From Verrucomicrobiia bacterium (GTDB lineage Bacteria; Verrucomicrobiota; Verrucomicrobiia; Limisphaerales; JADJPG01), in assembly GCA_035577805.1 (NCBI GenBank), contig DATLUX010000500.1, positions 19,643 through 83,642 on the forward strand: a DNA stretch of 64,000 nucleotides. The letters run 5' to 3'. The notes beneath the pieces are model-generated. The model was given only the letters and a program-made list of their open reading frames with translations, made no database searches and was not told the DNA's origin. Shown piece after piece: positions 27,396 through 36,672 of the stretch. How positions within the stretch are numbered: position 1 is the first letter of the stretch; every line of letters begins with the position of its first letter. The position numbers and the translations under genes were made by a program.

Positions 27396-29405
27396 TCACT
27401 GTTCCACTTCACGCACCAGGCGGAACCCATCGCGTTGAGTCCGATGTTCCTTGCGGGCGCTTCCCCGAAAGGCGTTCCGGCAATGGACTGGATTGGTCCC
27501 CCAACTCGTGCTGCGCACAACAATCTCATCGCCCGCGGCAGCCACCAGCGGGTCCGTGAACTGCGTTGCGCGGGCTTGCCCGAGCGCCACCGGGATGTTG
27601 GTGCTCCAGCCGTCCGCGCAATACTCATAGGCGTTGCCGAGCATGTCGTAGAGACCCCAGGCATTGGGACGCAACTGGCCAACCTGATGCGGGCGACCTC
27701 CGGAGTTTTCGCCGCTCCAGGCAAACTCGGGAAGACGTTCGGCCGCGCTGCCCCAGAAGTAGGTGTTGGTATTCCCCGCCCGGCAGGCGTATTCCCATTC
27801 CGCTTCGCTGGGCAATCGATAATGAGCCCCCTCTTGCCGGCTCAACCAAGCGCAGAACGCCATGGCGTCGTTCCAGCTCACATTCAGCACTGGTTCGTGC
27901 TCGTCGCGCGCATAACCCATAGCGTGCCAGTTGAATTCCGGCGCCTGCTCCACCCATTGGTCGCCGCGCCTGCCGCCGCCGCCCCGGCCGTCGCGCTCCG
28001 CATCCGTGCGATAACCCGTCGCCTCCACAAACGCCCGGTATTGCCCAAGCGTGACCTCATGCGTTCCGCAATAGAATGATTGACTGATGCGGACGCGCCG
28101 CGGAGGCGATTCGCTGGGCGCACTCTGGCGGTACCAATCGGCTGTGACTTTGTCGATCTGGCCTTGAGCCTCGGCCTGGGGCGTGCCCATGGTGAATTCG
28201 CCCGCGGGAAGGAGGCGAAATTGCATACCCAGCGAGTTGGTGGAAAAAGCCGGAGCCAGTCGTCGTTTCATCAAAGCCGAACGCAGGGTCAGATCAGGCG
28301 GCGCCTGCTGCCAGGCCGTCCACCACAGATCTCCCAGCATCTGGCCAGCCTTCACGATCTGGCCGGTGATAAAATCGTGGCCTTCCTGAGAGAGCGCGCG
28401 GCGGCCGGACAATTTGCCGGCTTTCTCGAGCTGATAAAGCGGTTCCACCTGGCGATGTTGTTCCTGCAGATAACTCATCACCACGGCAAACATGTTCGTG
28501 GGCGAACTGCTTGGATACGCCAAGAGCAGCAAACGGGCGGGACGCAGCCGGGCCCGCAGTTGCTTGGGGTCCACACCGAATTCCTGGAGGTACCCGCCAT
28601 CGATCCAGCTGTGGATCGAATAGTTGGTCGAATAACCACGCGGATTCTGGCCCACCCAACCGTGGTTATGTTTGGTCGTATGCAAGGGTTGTGAACCGTC
28701 GCCCACGAAATGGCCCATCACCCCCATGAGATAAAGAATATTGGCCTGAGCGTTCGCGACCTCCTCGGCCGTCCCCGCTTGCTGGTATTCCTTCAGATAG
28801 GAGAATCCATTCTTGAGCTTGGCCTCGTACTCAATGATCGCCCACGGCAGAAAGCCGATCAAGGAACGGTTCCGATCCGGGTCCCGCCCCGGATCAACGA
28901 CGGGAAAATCGCGCGGGCGTGCCGCGTGGGCCAGAGCCACCTGGGTCATGAACTCGTAACGAAACGGAGTCAGCGTTCCCGGATCGATCCGGTAGAGCGG
29001 CAATAAATCGATGTCAAAATAATGATCGACATGATTGACGTGGCGAAGCGGCGGTTCGGCGCTGCTCCGCCAGCGGTCGGGTTCCCCAGCCAAAAAAGCA
29101 ATGCGCTCCCGCGCGTCTGCTGCCAAGACAAAGGCTGGAAAGTTGGTCGGCAACGAGTCCAACGCCAATTGATTGACCAACCGATGTCCCTCGTAATCCC
29201 AAGCCCGGACACCCAGCACGCCAACCAACCAGACCATAACCCAAAAGGCCGAAAGCCGTCGGCCGCGTCCTAACCCGCAAGGGGAAGCCCAGAAAGCCGA
29301 AACACAAAAGGTACCGGCGATGGTCGTTGGGCACGGAACGAACCGCCCGCCGCACCAACGGAGCGGTAGCTGCTTAGTGCCACAAACATTCCGCATGATC
29401 CACAC
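27396..29405 (-). CDS. S1/P1-nuclease-like domain fused to an FGE-sulfatase (SUMF1/EgtB/PvdO family) domain
   Basis: N-terminal half: 'AWDYEGHRLV', 'HYFDID', 'MGHFVGDGSQPLHTTKH' and 'SIHSWID' parallel the metal-ligand motifs of P1 nuclease (WGxxGH, HFID, HFxGDxxQPLH, HSxWD). C-terminal half: 'VSWNDAMAFCAWLS...YRLPSEAEWEYACRAG', 'GLYDMLGNAYEYCAD' and 'DGFRLV' are FGE-sulfatase hallmarks. The start codon is uncertain. Confidence 0.8.
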   Translation of the reverse strand: MWIMRNVCGTKQLPLRWCGGRFVPCPTTIAGTFCVSAFWASPCGLGRGRRLSAFWVMVWLVGVLGVRAWDYEGHRLVNQLALDSLPTNFPAFVLAADARERIAFLAGEPDRWRSSAEPPLRHVNHVDHYFDIDLLPLYRIDPGTLTPFRYEFMTQVALAHAARPRDFPVVDPGRDPDRNRSLIGFLPWAIIEYEAKLKNGFSYLKEYQQAGTAEEVANAQANILYLMGVMGHFVGDGSQPLHTTKHNHGWVGQNPRGYSTNYSIHSWIDGGYLQEFGVDPKQLRARLRPARLLLLAYPSSSPTNMFAVVMSYLQEQHRQVEPLYQLEKAGKLSGRRALSQEGHDFITGQIVKAGQMLGDLWWTAWQQAPPDLTLRSALMKRRLAPAFSTNSLGMQFRLLPAGEFTMGTPQAEAQGQIDKVTADWYRQSAPSESPPRRVRISQSFYCGTHEVTLGQYRAFVEATGYRTDAERDGRGGGGRRGDQWVEQAPEFNWHAMGYARDEHEPVLNVSWNDAMAFCAWLSRQEGAHYRLPSEAEWEYACRAGNTNTYFWGSAAERLPEFAWSGENSGGRPHQVGQLRPNAWGLYDMLGNAYEYCADGWSTNIPVALGQARATQFTDPLVAAAGDEIVVRSTSWGTNPVHCRNAFRGSARKEHRTQRDGFRLVREVEQ

Positions 29406-29629
29406 ATTGTAGCGGCGGTCTGCGTCCGTCGACTTTCAGATCTAATTTCTTGTGGGGCGGCGGTCATAGACCGCCGCTCCAGCGCTGCAGAAGTCAGCAC
29501 GTTAAACACCTGCCAGACCGCCGCTGTTTATTACGGCCAAAGTAAAGGGCTCCTCCGGGAGCTGTAAATGCCGAACTGCATCACTGCCCCATCGCGACAT
29601 GGGTCCGCAAGATGAGGCGGTTGACGAAA

Positions 29630-29663
29630 GCGGACGGTGGAAGCGGACAGCGGAAACCTCCGC
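29630..29663 (+). repeat. Loose GCGGA x3 cluster ending in a small GCGGA/TCCGC hairpin
   Basis: GCGGA at 29630, 29643 and 29650. The last pairs with TCCGC at 29659-29663 across a 4-nt loop. It lies about 100 nt upstream of the lipoprotein gene. Confidence 0.5.
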
Positions 29664-29765
29664 TTTAGCCTGCCGGCGAGCGCACTCCAGGGCGGGCTTG
29701 GAGGTTCGATCTCTTTTTCCTCGAAGGACCTTGAGCGGTTCGCTATCAACAGGCCCGTGACACAC

Positions 29766-30176
29766 GTGTCATGGTGTTCTTTCAGGACCCGGCTTGCTTT
29801 CGCGTTCGTGGGGATTTTGGCGTTGGCGGGCTGCGCCGCGCCTAAGCCTTCGACGACGGAATGGCCGCGGACCCCGTCTACGCACAACACCGGTCCCGCG
29901 CCGTCCAACGCCCCCAATTCCAACCCGGCTGTGATCGTCACGCCCGCGCAGGGCACCACGGGCCGGATCACCTCGATTAATCCAGTGGTTCGTTATGTGG
30001 TGATTTCGTATGCCGTGGGCGTTCCATTGCCGCCCGTGGAACAGCGGCTCAGCGTGTATCGGGCCGGACTGAAAGTCGCCGAGGTCAAGATCTCGGGCCC
30101 CAGTCGCGATACCCACACCGTCGGCGATATCATCGCCGGTGAATGTCAGGTGGGCGACGAAGTCCGGGGGGACTAG
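29766..30176 (+). CDS. Small lipoprotein, hypothetical
   Basis: A GTG start (29766, or 29757) gives 'VSWCSFRTRLAFAFVGILALAGC' with a canonical lipobox LAGC. A Pro/Thr-rich linker is followed by a compact beta domain. Same strand as the downstream CRTAC1 gene. Confidence 0.5.
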   Translation: MSWCSFRTRLAFAFVGILALAGCAAPKPSTTEWPRTPSTHNTGPAPSNAPNSNPAVIVTPAQGTTGRITSINPVVRYVVISYAVGVPLPPVEQRLSVYRAGLKVAEVKISGPSRDTHTVGDIIAGECQVGDEVRGD

Positions 30177-30259
30177 TGATGTGTCCCCTAGTCCGTTTAC
30201 GCTTTGCAATCATCGCCCGACTGCTACGGTCCAGCTGCTCGTTTGCATCATGCCCCGGC

Positions 30260-33200
30260 ATGTTCCGCCGAATCATTTTTGTTCCGTTCGCGTTGGCAGT
30301 TGCCGCCGGCCTCCCGGGTTGGTCAACGCAAGCCGCTGAATCGTCCGGAGTCGAGGTCGCGGGCGCGCGCTGGTTTCCCCTCGATGTCCCGGCCGGCGGC
30401 CGGGCTGGGTTCACGCTCTTATCCCCCAATCAAACCGGGGTCACCTTCACGAATTTACTCGGTGAATACGCTTCCGCTTCAAATCGCGTGCTGTTGAACG
30501 GGTCCGGCCTGGCGGCCGGTGACTACGACAACGACGGGTGGCCCGACTTGTTCCTCTGTGGCTTGGACACGCCTAATCGACTTTATCGCAATCTAGGGAA
30601 TTGGAAGTTCAAGGATGTCACGGCCGAAGCCGGGGTGCAGTGTCCTGGCCGTTACTTCCGCGGCGCGGTGTTCGCTGATCTCAATGGCGACGGCGCGTTG
30701 GATCTGTTGGTGGCAACCACCGGACAAGGTGTCCTCTGTTTTCTGAATGACGGGCACGGGAAGTTCAGCGATGTCACGGCCTACGCCCGCACTGGCAGCC
30801 GTCATGGCAGCATGACCCTGACCCTGGCGGACGTGGATGGCAACGGCACCCTGGATTTGTACGTGGCCAATAACCGGACAGAAGACATTCGGGATCGAGG
30901 CCAAGTGGAGTTGCACCTGGTGAACGGCCAGCTCGCTGTTCCGCCGGAATTACAGGACCGCTTGACGGTCGTGAACGGCCAGGTGCTGGAATATGGGGAA
31001 CCGGATCAATTGTATCTCAACGATGGCAAAGGCCGGTTTACGCCAGTTTCGTGGACGGGCGGCCGGTTCCGAACTGAAGAAGGCGGGCCTCTCCTCCAAC
31101 CGCCGCTGGATTGGGGGCTGACGGCTTCGTTCCGCGATCTGAACGACGACGGTTTTCCCGATCTCTATGTGTGCAACGATTTCTGGACCCCCGATCGGAT
31201 TTGGCTCAATGACGGCAAGGGCCGGTTCCGCGCCGCGCCCCGGCTGGCGCTACGCAACATGAGTGCCAGCTCCATGGGAGTTGATTTTGCCGACATTGAC
31301 CGGGATGGGTTTCTGGACTTTTTCGTCGTGGATATGCTGAGTCGTGAGCCACGCCTGCGCAAACGACAGAAAGCCGCGCAACCGGCCGTCGCGACGCCGA
31401 TCGGTTCCATCGACGATCGACCTCAGTTCATGCGCAATACACTTTATCTGAATCGAGGCGACCAAACCTTCGCTGAGATCGCCAACTTCGCCGGCGTCGC
31501 TGCTTCGGAATGGTCCTGGTCGCCGGTCTTTCTCGATGTGGATCTGGATGGTTATGAGGATCTGCTCATCACCACCGGCCACGCCAAGGACGTCCAAGAT
31601 CTGGATGCCCTGGCCGAGATCAAGTCGCGCCAGCATTCCTGGAATGGAATCACCGATGCCCAAGTCCGGCAGCAGTCGTTCACGCGCGAATTGATGGAAC
31701 ACATGCGCCTTTACCCGCCGCTGCACACGCCGATCGTCGCGTTCCACAACCGCGGCGGGTTGCGTTTCGAGGAAGTCACCGCCAGTTGGGGCACCGATCA
31801 ACCCGGTGTTCATCACGCTATCGCGCTGGCCGATTTCGATCGCGATGGAGACCTCGATCTCGCCGTCAATAACCTGGGCAGCCCGGTCGGCCTTTACCGA
31901 AACAATTCAGACGCCAGACGTGTCGCCGTGAAATTGCGCGGGTTGCCTCCCAACACGCAGGGCATCGGGGCCAAGGTCAGCCTGCTTGGCGGTGCCGTCC
32001 CCCGCCAACGCCAGGAAGTCATCTGTGGTGGACGTTACCTGGCCGGGGCCGATCCCATGCTGGTTTTCGCAGCCGGCAACACGAACACAAATATGACCAT
32101 CGCGGTCCTCTGGCGCAGCGGCCGGCGCAGCGAGATCAAAGACGTGGCTCCCAATCGGCGTTACGAAATCTTCGAGCCTGCCGAGGCCCCCCCGCCTTTG
32201 ACTAATTCCCCGCCTGCCCATCCCGCGAATGTTTCACCGCCCCTCTTTGCCGACGTCAGTTCTTCCCTGCCGCATCGGCATTATGAAGAGGCTTATGACG
32301 ACTTCACTCGCCAGCCATTGTTGCCCTGGAGATTGAGCCAGGCCGGACCCGGGATCGCCTGGTTCGACCTGGATGGCGACGGCGTGGATGAACTCTTCAT
32401 CGGTGCTGGACGTGGCGGCTCGCCGGCGATCTACCGGGTCGTCTCCAACGAACGTGGCGTCGAGTTCTCCCCTTGGTCCGGGTCCACGCCAGTCAGGTTG
32501 CCGGACGATTCAGCGGGTCTGGCCGGTTGGGTGACTGGCTCAGGCCGGCGAGTGCTGCTGGCGGGATTGACGGGATGGGAAAACGCTGAAGCCCCGCCGG
32601 TGCTGCGCATCGAGTTGGGCGGTGGAGGCAATGGGGCTCCAACCATCAGCCCGCTGCTGCCAGGCGGGATGGCCGGCTGCAGCGCGGTGGCCGTGGCCGA
32701 TTACGATGGGGACGGGGATTTGGATGTCTTTGTGGGCGGCAGCGCGGTCACCGGCCGTTATCCGGAAGCGAGGCCCAGCCGCCTTTACCGCGCCAACGGC
32801 GATGCCCTCGAGCCGGAAGCGGGCTTGGCGGCGCTGTTGGCTAAAGCGGGTTTGGTGAACGGAGCGGTCTGGAGCGATCTGGACGGAGATGGTTATGCCG
32901 AATTGGTTATCACGTGCGAATGGGGTCCTCTGCGCGTCTTTGGGTTTCGCCAGGGCCAATGGCGCGAAGAAACGGCCGAACGCGGGCTCGATCGTTTCAC
33001 CGGTTGGTGGCGGGGGGTGACCGCAGGAGACATCGACGGCGATGGCCGCCTCGATCTGGTTGCAGCCAACTGGGGACTCAACAGCCCCTATCAGGCGAGC
33101 CCCGCACAGCCCCTGGTTCTTTACTACGGCGACTTCGGAGAACGTGGCGCCGTCGACCTGATCGAAACCGAGTATGACCCGATCACGCGGAAACTGGCGC

Positions 33201-33994
33201 CCCGGCGAATGCTCGATGCGCTGGCCATGACCATGCCGTTCCTGCGCGAACGCGCGGCCAGCTACAAAACCTACAGCGAAAGCACTGTCGCAACTTTATG
33301 GGGCGACCGACTTGCGCGCGGGCACCAATTGGAGGTTACCACGCTGGCGTCAACGGTCTTTTTCAATCGCGGCGGCCGGTTCGAGGCTGTGCCATTGCCC
33401 CGCGAAGCGCAATTCGCACCCGCCTTCGGCGTCAACGTGGGAGATTTCGACCTGGATGGCCACGAAGACGTTCTGCTCACGCAAAATTTCTTCGCCACTC
33501 AGCCCGAGACGCCGCGTCTGGATGCAGGCCGCGGCTTGGTCCTCCTGGGCAACGCCGCCGGCCGGCTGGATCCAATTCCGTCGAACGTCTCCGGACTGCA
33601 GATTGACGGTGAGCAACGCGGGGCCGCCTTGTCGGACTTTGATCGGGACGGCCGATTGGACTTGATCGTGACGCAGAACGGAGCCGCCACCCGGCTGTTT
33701 CGCAACACATCCCCGCGCCGCGGGTTGCGCGTGCGCCTGGAGGGGCCGCGTGGCAACCCGGATGGTATCGGCGCCGTCATCCGTGCCCGCGTCGGCGCTC
33801 ATTGGGGACCAGCGCGCGAGATTCACGGCGGCTCCGGTTATTGGTCGCAAGATAGCGCGACGCAAATCCTCAGCGCCACGCCGCCGCCGGAAGAGATCGA
33901 GGTCCGGTGGCCGGGCGGGAAACGCACGCGCACACCGGTCGCGCGTGGGGCCACGGAGATCCGCATCTCGCTCGCGGGCGACGTTGTGCCTTGA
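30260..33994 (+). CDS. CRTAC1 family protein (FG-GAP/VCBS repeats + ASPIC/UnbV domain)
   Basis: ATG 30260 gives the signal peptide 'MFRRIIFVPFALAVAAGLPGWSTQAAE'. Many 'D(x)DGDGxxDL' repeats, e.g. 'ADLNGDGALDLLV', 'DVDGNGTLDLYV' and 'DFDRDGDLDLAV'. Two UnbV/ASPIC-like segments: 'NTQGIGAKVSL...' and 'NPDGIGAVIRARVG...HGGSGYWSQDS'. Confidence 0.85.
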   Translation: MFRRIIFVPFALAVAAGLPGWSTQAAESSGVEVAGARWFPLDVPAGGRAGFTLLSPNQTGVTFTNLLGEYASASNRVLLNGSGLAAGDYDNDGWPDLFLCGLDTPNRLYRNLGNWKFKDVTAEAGVQCPGRYFRGAVFADLNGDGALDLLVATTGQGVLCFLNDGHGKFSDVTAYARTGSRHGSMTLTLADVDGNGTLDLYVANNRTEDIRDRGQVELHLVNGQLAVPPELQDRLTVVNGQVLEYGEPDQLYLNDGKGRFTPVSWTGGRFRTEEGGPLLQPPLDWGLTASFRDLNDDGFPDLYVCNDFWTPDRIWLNDGKGRFRAAPRLALRNMSASSMGVDFADIDRDGFLDFFVVDMLSREPRLRKRQKAAQPAVATPIGSIDDRPQFMRNTLYLNRGDQTFAEIANFAGVAASEWSWSPVFLDVDLDGYEDLLITTGHAKDVQDLDALAEIKSRQHSWNGITDAQVRQQSFTRELMEHMRLYPPLHTPIVAFHNRGGLRFEEVTASWGTDQPGVHHAIALADFDRDGDLDLAVNNLGSPVGLYRNNSDARRVAVKLRGLPPNTQGIGAKVSLLGGAVPRQRQEVICGGRYLAGADPMLVFAAGNTNTNMTIAVLWRSGRRSEIKDVAPNRRYEIFEPAEAPPPLTNSPPAHPANVSPPLFADVSSSLPHRHYEEAYDDFTRQPLLPWRLSQAGPGIAWFDLDGDGVDELFIGAGRGGSPAIYRVVSNERGVEFSPWSGSTPVRLPDDSAGLAGWVTGSGRRVLLAGLTGWENAEAPPVLRIELGGGGNGAPTISPLLPGGMAGCSAVAVADYDGDGDLDVFVGGSAVTGRYPEARPSRLYRANGDALEPEAGLAALLAKAGLVNGAVWSDLDGDGYAELVITCEWGPLRVFGFRQGQWREETAERGLDRFTGWWRGVTAGDIDGDGRLDLVAANWGLNSPYQASPAQPLVLYYGDFGERGAVDLIETEYDPITRKLAPRRMLDALAMTMPFLRERAASYKTYSESTVATLWGDRLARGHQLEVTTLASTVFFNRGGRFEAVPLPREAQFAPAFGVNVGDFDLDGHEDVLLTQNFFATQPETPRLDAGRGLVLLGNAAGRLDPIPSNVSGLQIDGEQRGAALSDFDRDGRLDLIVTQNGAATRLFRNTSPRRGLRVRLEGPRGNPDGIGAVIRARVGAHWGPAREIHGGSGYWSQDSATQILSATPPPEEIEVRWPGGKRTRTPVARGATEIRISLAGDVVP

Positions 33995-34869
33995 TGTGTT
34001 TTATGATTGAGGCCGCGGGCCGAATTCAACCCGGATTGCTGACGCCGTGGATCGAAGCCGTCCTGGCCACCGGTCTGGCGGTGGGCGGCTATGGCTTGGG
34101 CCGATATTTCTCGAAGCAACGGGCGCCCTGGTGGTTGTTAGGGTATCTGCTGCCGCTGGTGGTCATTGTGCTCTTCGCCCTGGGCCGGCGTATGCCGCGT
34201 TTGGAATTTGTTCCTCCCATCAGTTGGTTGCTGGCTGGACGTAACGAATTCGCCCTGGGCGGGCTGGTCACGGCCTGGATCCTGACCACGCCACTCACAC
34301 GTTTGCCGGTGCGACGGCAGCGCATCGCGATTTTGTGTTTCGTCGTGTTCTTTGTCGCTGTGCAAGCCGTCTGGCCGTTTCTAGCCCCCGCCTTTAATCG
34401 GCAGATGTTGTTGTCACTGCCAACCCAAATCGACGGTGACGGCATTTGCCGGCAGGGCACCGACTACAACTGTGGACCAGCCGCGGCGGTGACGGGGTTG
34501 CGACAGTTCGGGATCGCGGCGGAAGAGGGTGAGCTAGCAGTGCTTGCATATACCAGCACGGCCATCGGAACGCCGCCGGATCTGTTGCAGACGGCGATTC
34601 AAAAACGGTTCGGAGCCCAGGGGATCACTGCAACGCTCCGCCACTTTGAAAGCGTTCATGAACTGGAGCAAGCAGGCATCACGTTGGCGGTGATCAAATA
34701 CGGGTTGTTCGTGGATCATTACGTGACTGTGCTTCGCGCCGACCCTCAACTAATCGTTGTAGGTGATCCAGCACGCGGGATCACCGCTTATCGACCCGAG
34801 GATTTTGCCAACCAATGGCGGTTCACCGGCATCGTGCTCAACCGAGAACGAAAAGCGCAGGCGCGGTAA
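33994..34869 (+). CDS. Membrane protein with a C-terminal peptidase C39-like cysteine peptidase domain
   Basis: ATG 33994 overlaps the upstream TGA (TGATG). About 5 hydrophobic helices precede 'GTDYNCGPAAAVTGL' (Cys), 'VDHYVTVL' (His) and 'VVGDPARG' (Asp), which resemble the C39 catalytic triad contexts. Confidence 0.65.
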   Translation: MCFMIEAAGRIQPGLLTPWIEAVLATGLAVGGYGLGRYFSKQRAPWWLLGYLLPLVVIVLFALGRRMPRLEFVPPISWLLAGRNEFALGGLVTAWILTTPLTRLPVRRQRIAILCFVVFFVAVQAVWPFLAPAFNRQMLLSLPTQIDGDGICRQGTDYNCGPAAAVTGLRQFGIAAEEGELAVLAYTSTAIGTPPDLLQTAIQKRFGAQGITATLRHFESVHELEQAGITLAVIKYGLFVDHYVTVLRADPQLIVVGDPARGITAYRPEDFANQWRFTGIVLNRERKAQAR

Positions 34870-35140
34870 CAAAGAACCGGGCCGTTGCCTTCGCATTCGA
34901 TGCGACCGCAACCAACCGGACGCCGTACTTGTATCCATTGGACTGCTTTCCTAAAGTCACGTCATGAAATCCCGTCCTTCAATGAGTTTCCCGCGTTATT
35001 TGCGCGGGTTGGATCCGACCACCGGGCGGGCAGATCTCTGGTGCATCGCCCACGCCAAGCGCACCGCCGCCCTGCGCTAAGCCACCGGAGGTTTCCTCGA
35101 GCCTCGACGACCATTACTCATCCATCATCGCTCTCCTGTT

Positions 35141-35446
35141 ATGCTTATTGTAACCGTTTTCGTCCGAGTCAAACCTGACGCGATAGAACAGTTTCGCGTG
35201 GCTTCCCTGGAGAACGCGAAACAAAGTGTCCTTGAACCTGGCATTGCCCGCTTCGATCTGCTGCAACAAAACGATGACCCGACCCGCTTCGTGCTGATCG
35301 AGGCTTATCGCGATGCCAATGCCCCTGCCAAACACAAGGAAACGGCGCACTATGCGCGCTGGCGCGATGCCGTCGCCCCTCTCATGGCCGAACCGCGGAC
35401 CAGCATCAAATACCAGAACTGTTTCCCGCACGATTCCGCCTGGTGA
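35141..35446 (+). CDS. Antibiotic biosynthesis monooxygenase (ABM) family protein
   Basis: 101 aa. '[16 protein letters not shown]...[40 protein letters not shown]' is a typical ABM/YgiN-like ferredoxin fold. Confidence 0.8.
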   Translation: MLIVTVFVRVKPDAIEQFRVASLENAKQSVLEPGIARFDLLQQNDDPTRFVLIEAYRDANAPAKHKETAHYARWRDAVAPLMAEPRTSIKYQNCFPHDSAW

Positions 35447-35455
35447 CCGACCTGC

Positions 35456-36610
35456 ATGCACTTTGAGTTTGCTACTGCGGCTCGCATCGTCTTCGGCCCC
35501 GCCTCCAGACGCGAACTCGCCCCGTTTGCCCGCAGCCAGGGTCAGCGCGCCCTGGTTCTAACCGGAAATAATCCGGCTCGGTCGGAATCCTTGTTTGTTG
35601 CTCTGCGCGAACAAGGCATCGAAACGATGCCCTTCGTGGTGAAGAGCGAACCCGACACCAGCCTCGTTCGGGCCGGTGCCAATCAAGCCCGCGCCGAACG
35701 CTGCGCGATGGTCATCGCCATCGGCGGCGGCAGTGTCCTCGATGCGGGCAAGGCCGTCGCCATGCTCGCCACCAACCCCGGTGATGTGCTCGACTATCTG
35801 GAAGTCGTCGGCCACGGAAAAACCCTGACTGTTCCAGGCCTTCCGTTCCTCGCGGTTCCCACCACGGCCGGCACAGGCACCGAGGTGACACGCAACGCGG
35901 TGATTGCTTCGCCGGAGCACCAGGTTAAGGCCAGCCTGCGGAGTTCGTTGCTGTTAGCCAGGCTGGCGGTGGTTGACCCGGAACTGACTCTGCAACTGCC
36001 TCGAGCACTGACCGCTTCAACCGGCTTGGACGCCCTCACGCAACTCATTGAACCCTACGTTTCCTGTCGAGCCAATCCCCTCGTCGACGGCCTCTGCCGT
36101 GAAGGTCTGGTGCGGGCGGCCCGGTCATTGGAGCACGCCTGCAACGTCCCCGACGATCTGGTGGCTCGCGAAGACATGGCCCTGGCCAGTCTCTTCAGTG
36201 GCCTGGCACTCGCCAATGCCGGGCTGGGTGCCGTTCATGGGTTTGCCGCGCCCATCGGCGGACGCTTTTGCGCTGCGCACGGCGCTGTATGCGCGGCCTT
36301 GTTGCCTCAGGTCATGGAAACAAACATCCGCGCCCTGCAACGGCGACAACCCAACTCGACCGCCCTGGGTCGCTACACCGAAATCGCTCGCATCCTCACC
36401 AACCGCGCGCAAGCCAGCGCCGCTGATGGCGTGGCGTGGGTGCGTGATCTTTGTCGTCGATTGGAAATTCCGGCGCTGGGCGGATACGGGATCGCCCCGA
36501 AAGACGTGCCGGCACTCTGCACCGCCGCAGCTCAAGCCAGCAGCATGAAGGGCAATCCGCTCCCGTTGCTCCAGGAAGAGTTGGAGACAGTGCTGTCCCG
36601 CAGCTTATGA
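35456..36610 (+). CDS. Iron-containing (group III) alcohol dehydrogenase
   Basis: 'AIGGGSVLDAGKAVA', 'LAVPTTAGTGTEVT' and 'GLDALTQLIE...GAVHGFA' are Fe-ADH family motifs. Confidence 0.85.
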   Translation: MHFEFATAARIVFGPASRRELAPFARSQGQRALVLTGNNPARSESLFVALREQGIETMPFVVKSEPDTSLVRAGANQARAERCAMVIAIGGGSVLDAGKAVAMLATNPGDVLDYLEVVGHGKTLTVPGLPFLAVPTTAGTGTEVTRNAVIASPEHQVKASLRSSLLLARLAVVDPELTLQLPRALTASTGLDALTQLIEPYVSCRANPLVDGLCREGLVRAARSLEHACNVPDDLVAREDMALASLFSGLALANAGLGAVHGFAAPIGGRFCAAHGAVCAALLPQVMETNIRALQRRQPNSTALGRYTEIARILTNRAQASAADGVAWVRDLCRRLEIPALGGYGIAPKDVPALCTAAAQASSMKGNPLPLLQEELETVLSRSL

Positions 36611-36672
36611 TCTGAAACGCGATTAAGACCGAGCCTCTTGCCAGCAGGCAGCTTCGCGACGAAAATTGCCTC

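Noticed and set aside
24558-29405. The FGE-domain protein lies next to sulfatase-superfamily DUF1501 genes, raising the idea of a maturase-substrate pair.
   Set aside because: At the position equivalent to the sulfatase C-x-P-x-R motif, both DUF1501 proteins read 'GGPSHQD' or 'GGPPHQD'. There is no Cys or Ser to convert, and the genes are convergent rather than co-transcribed.
34964-35080. A 38-codon ORF, 'MKSRPSMSFPRYLRGLDPTTGRADLWCIAHAKRTAALR', in the spacer before the ABM gene. GC3 is fairly high in its second half.
   Set aside because: It is too short, has no obvious ribosome-binding site and belongs to no family I recognise. I cannot support it as a gene without conservation or ribosome-profiling data.
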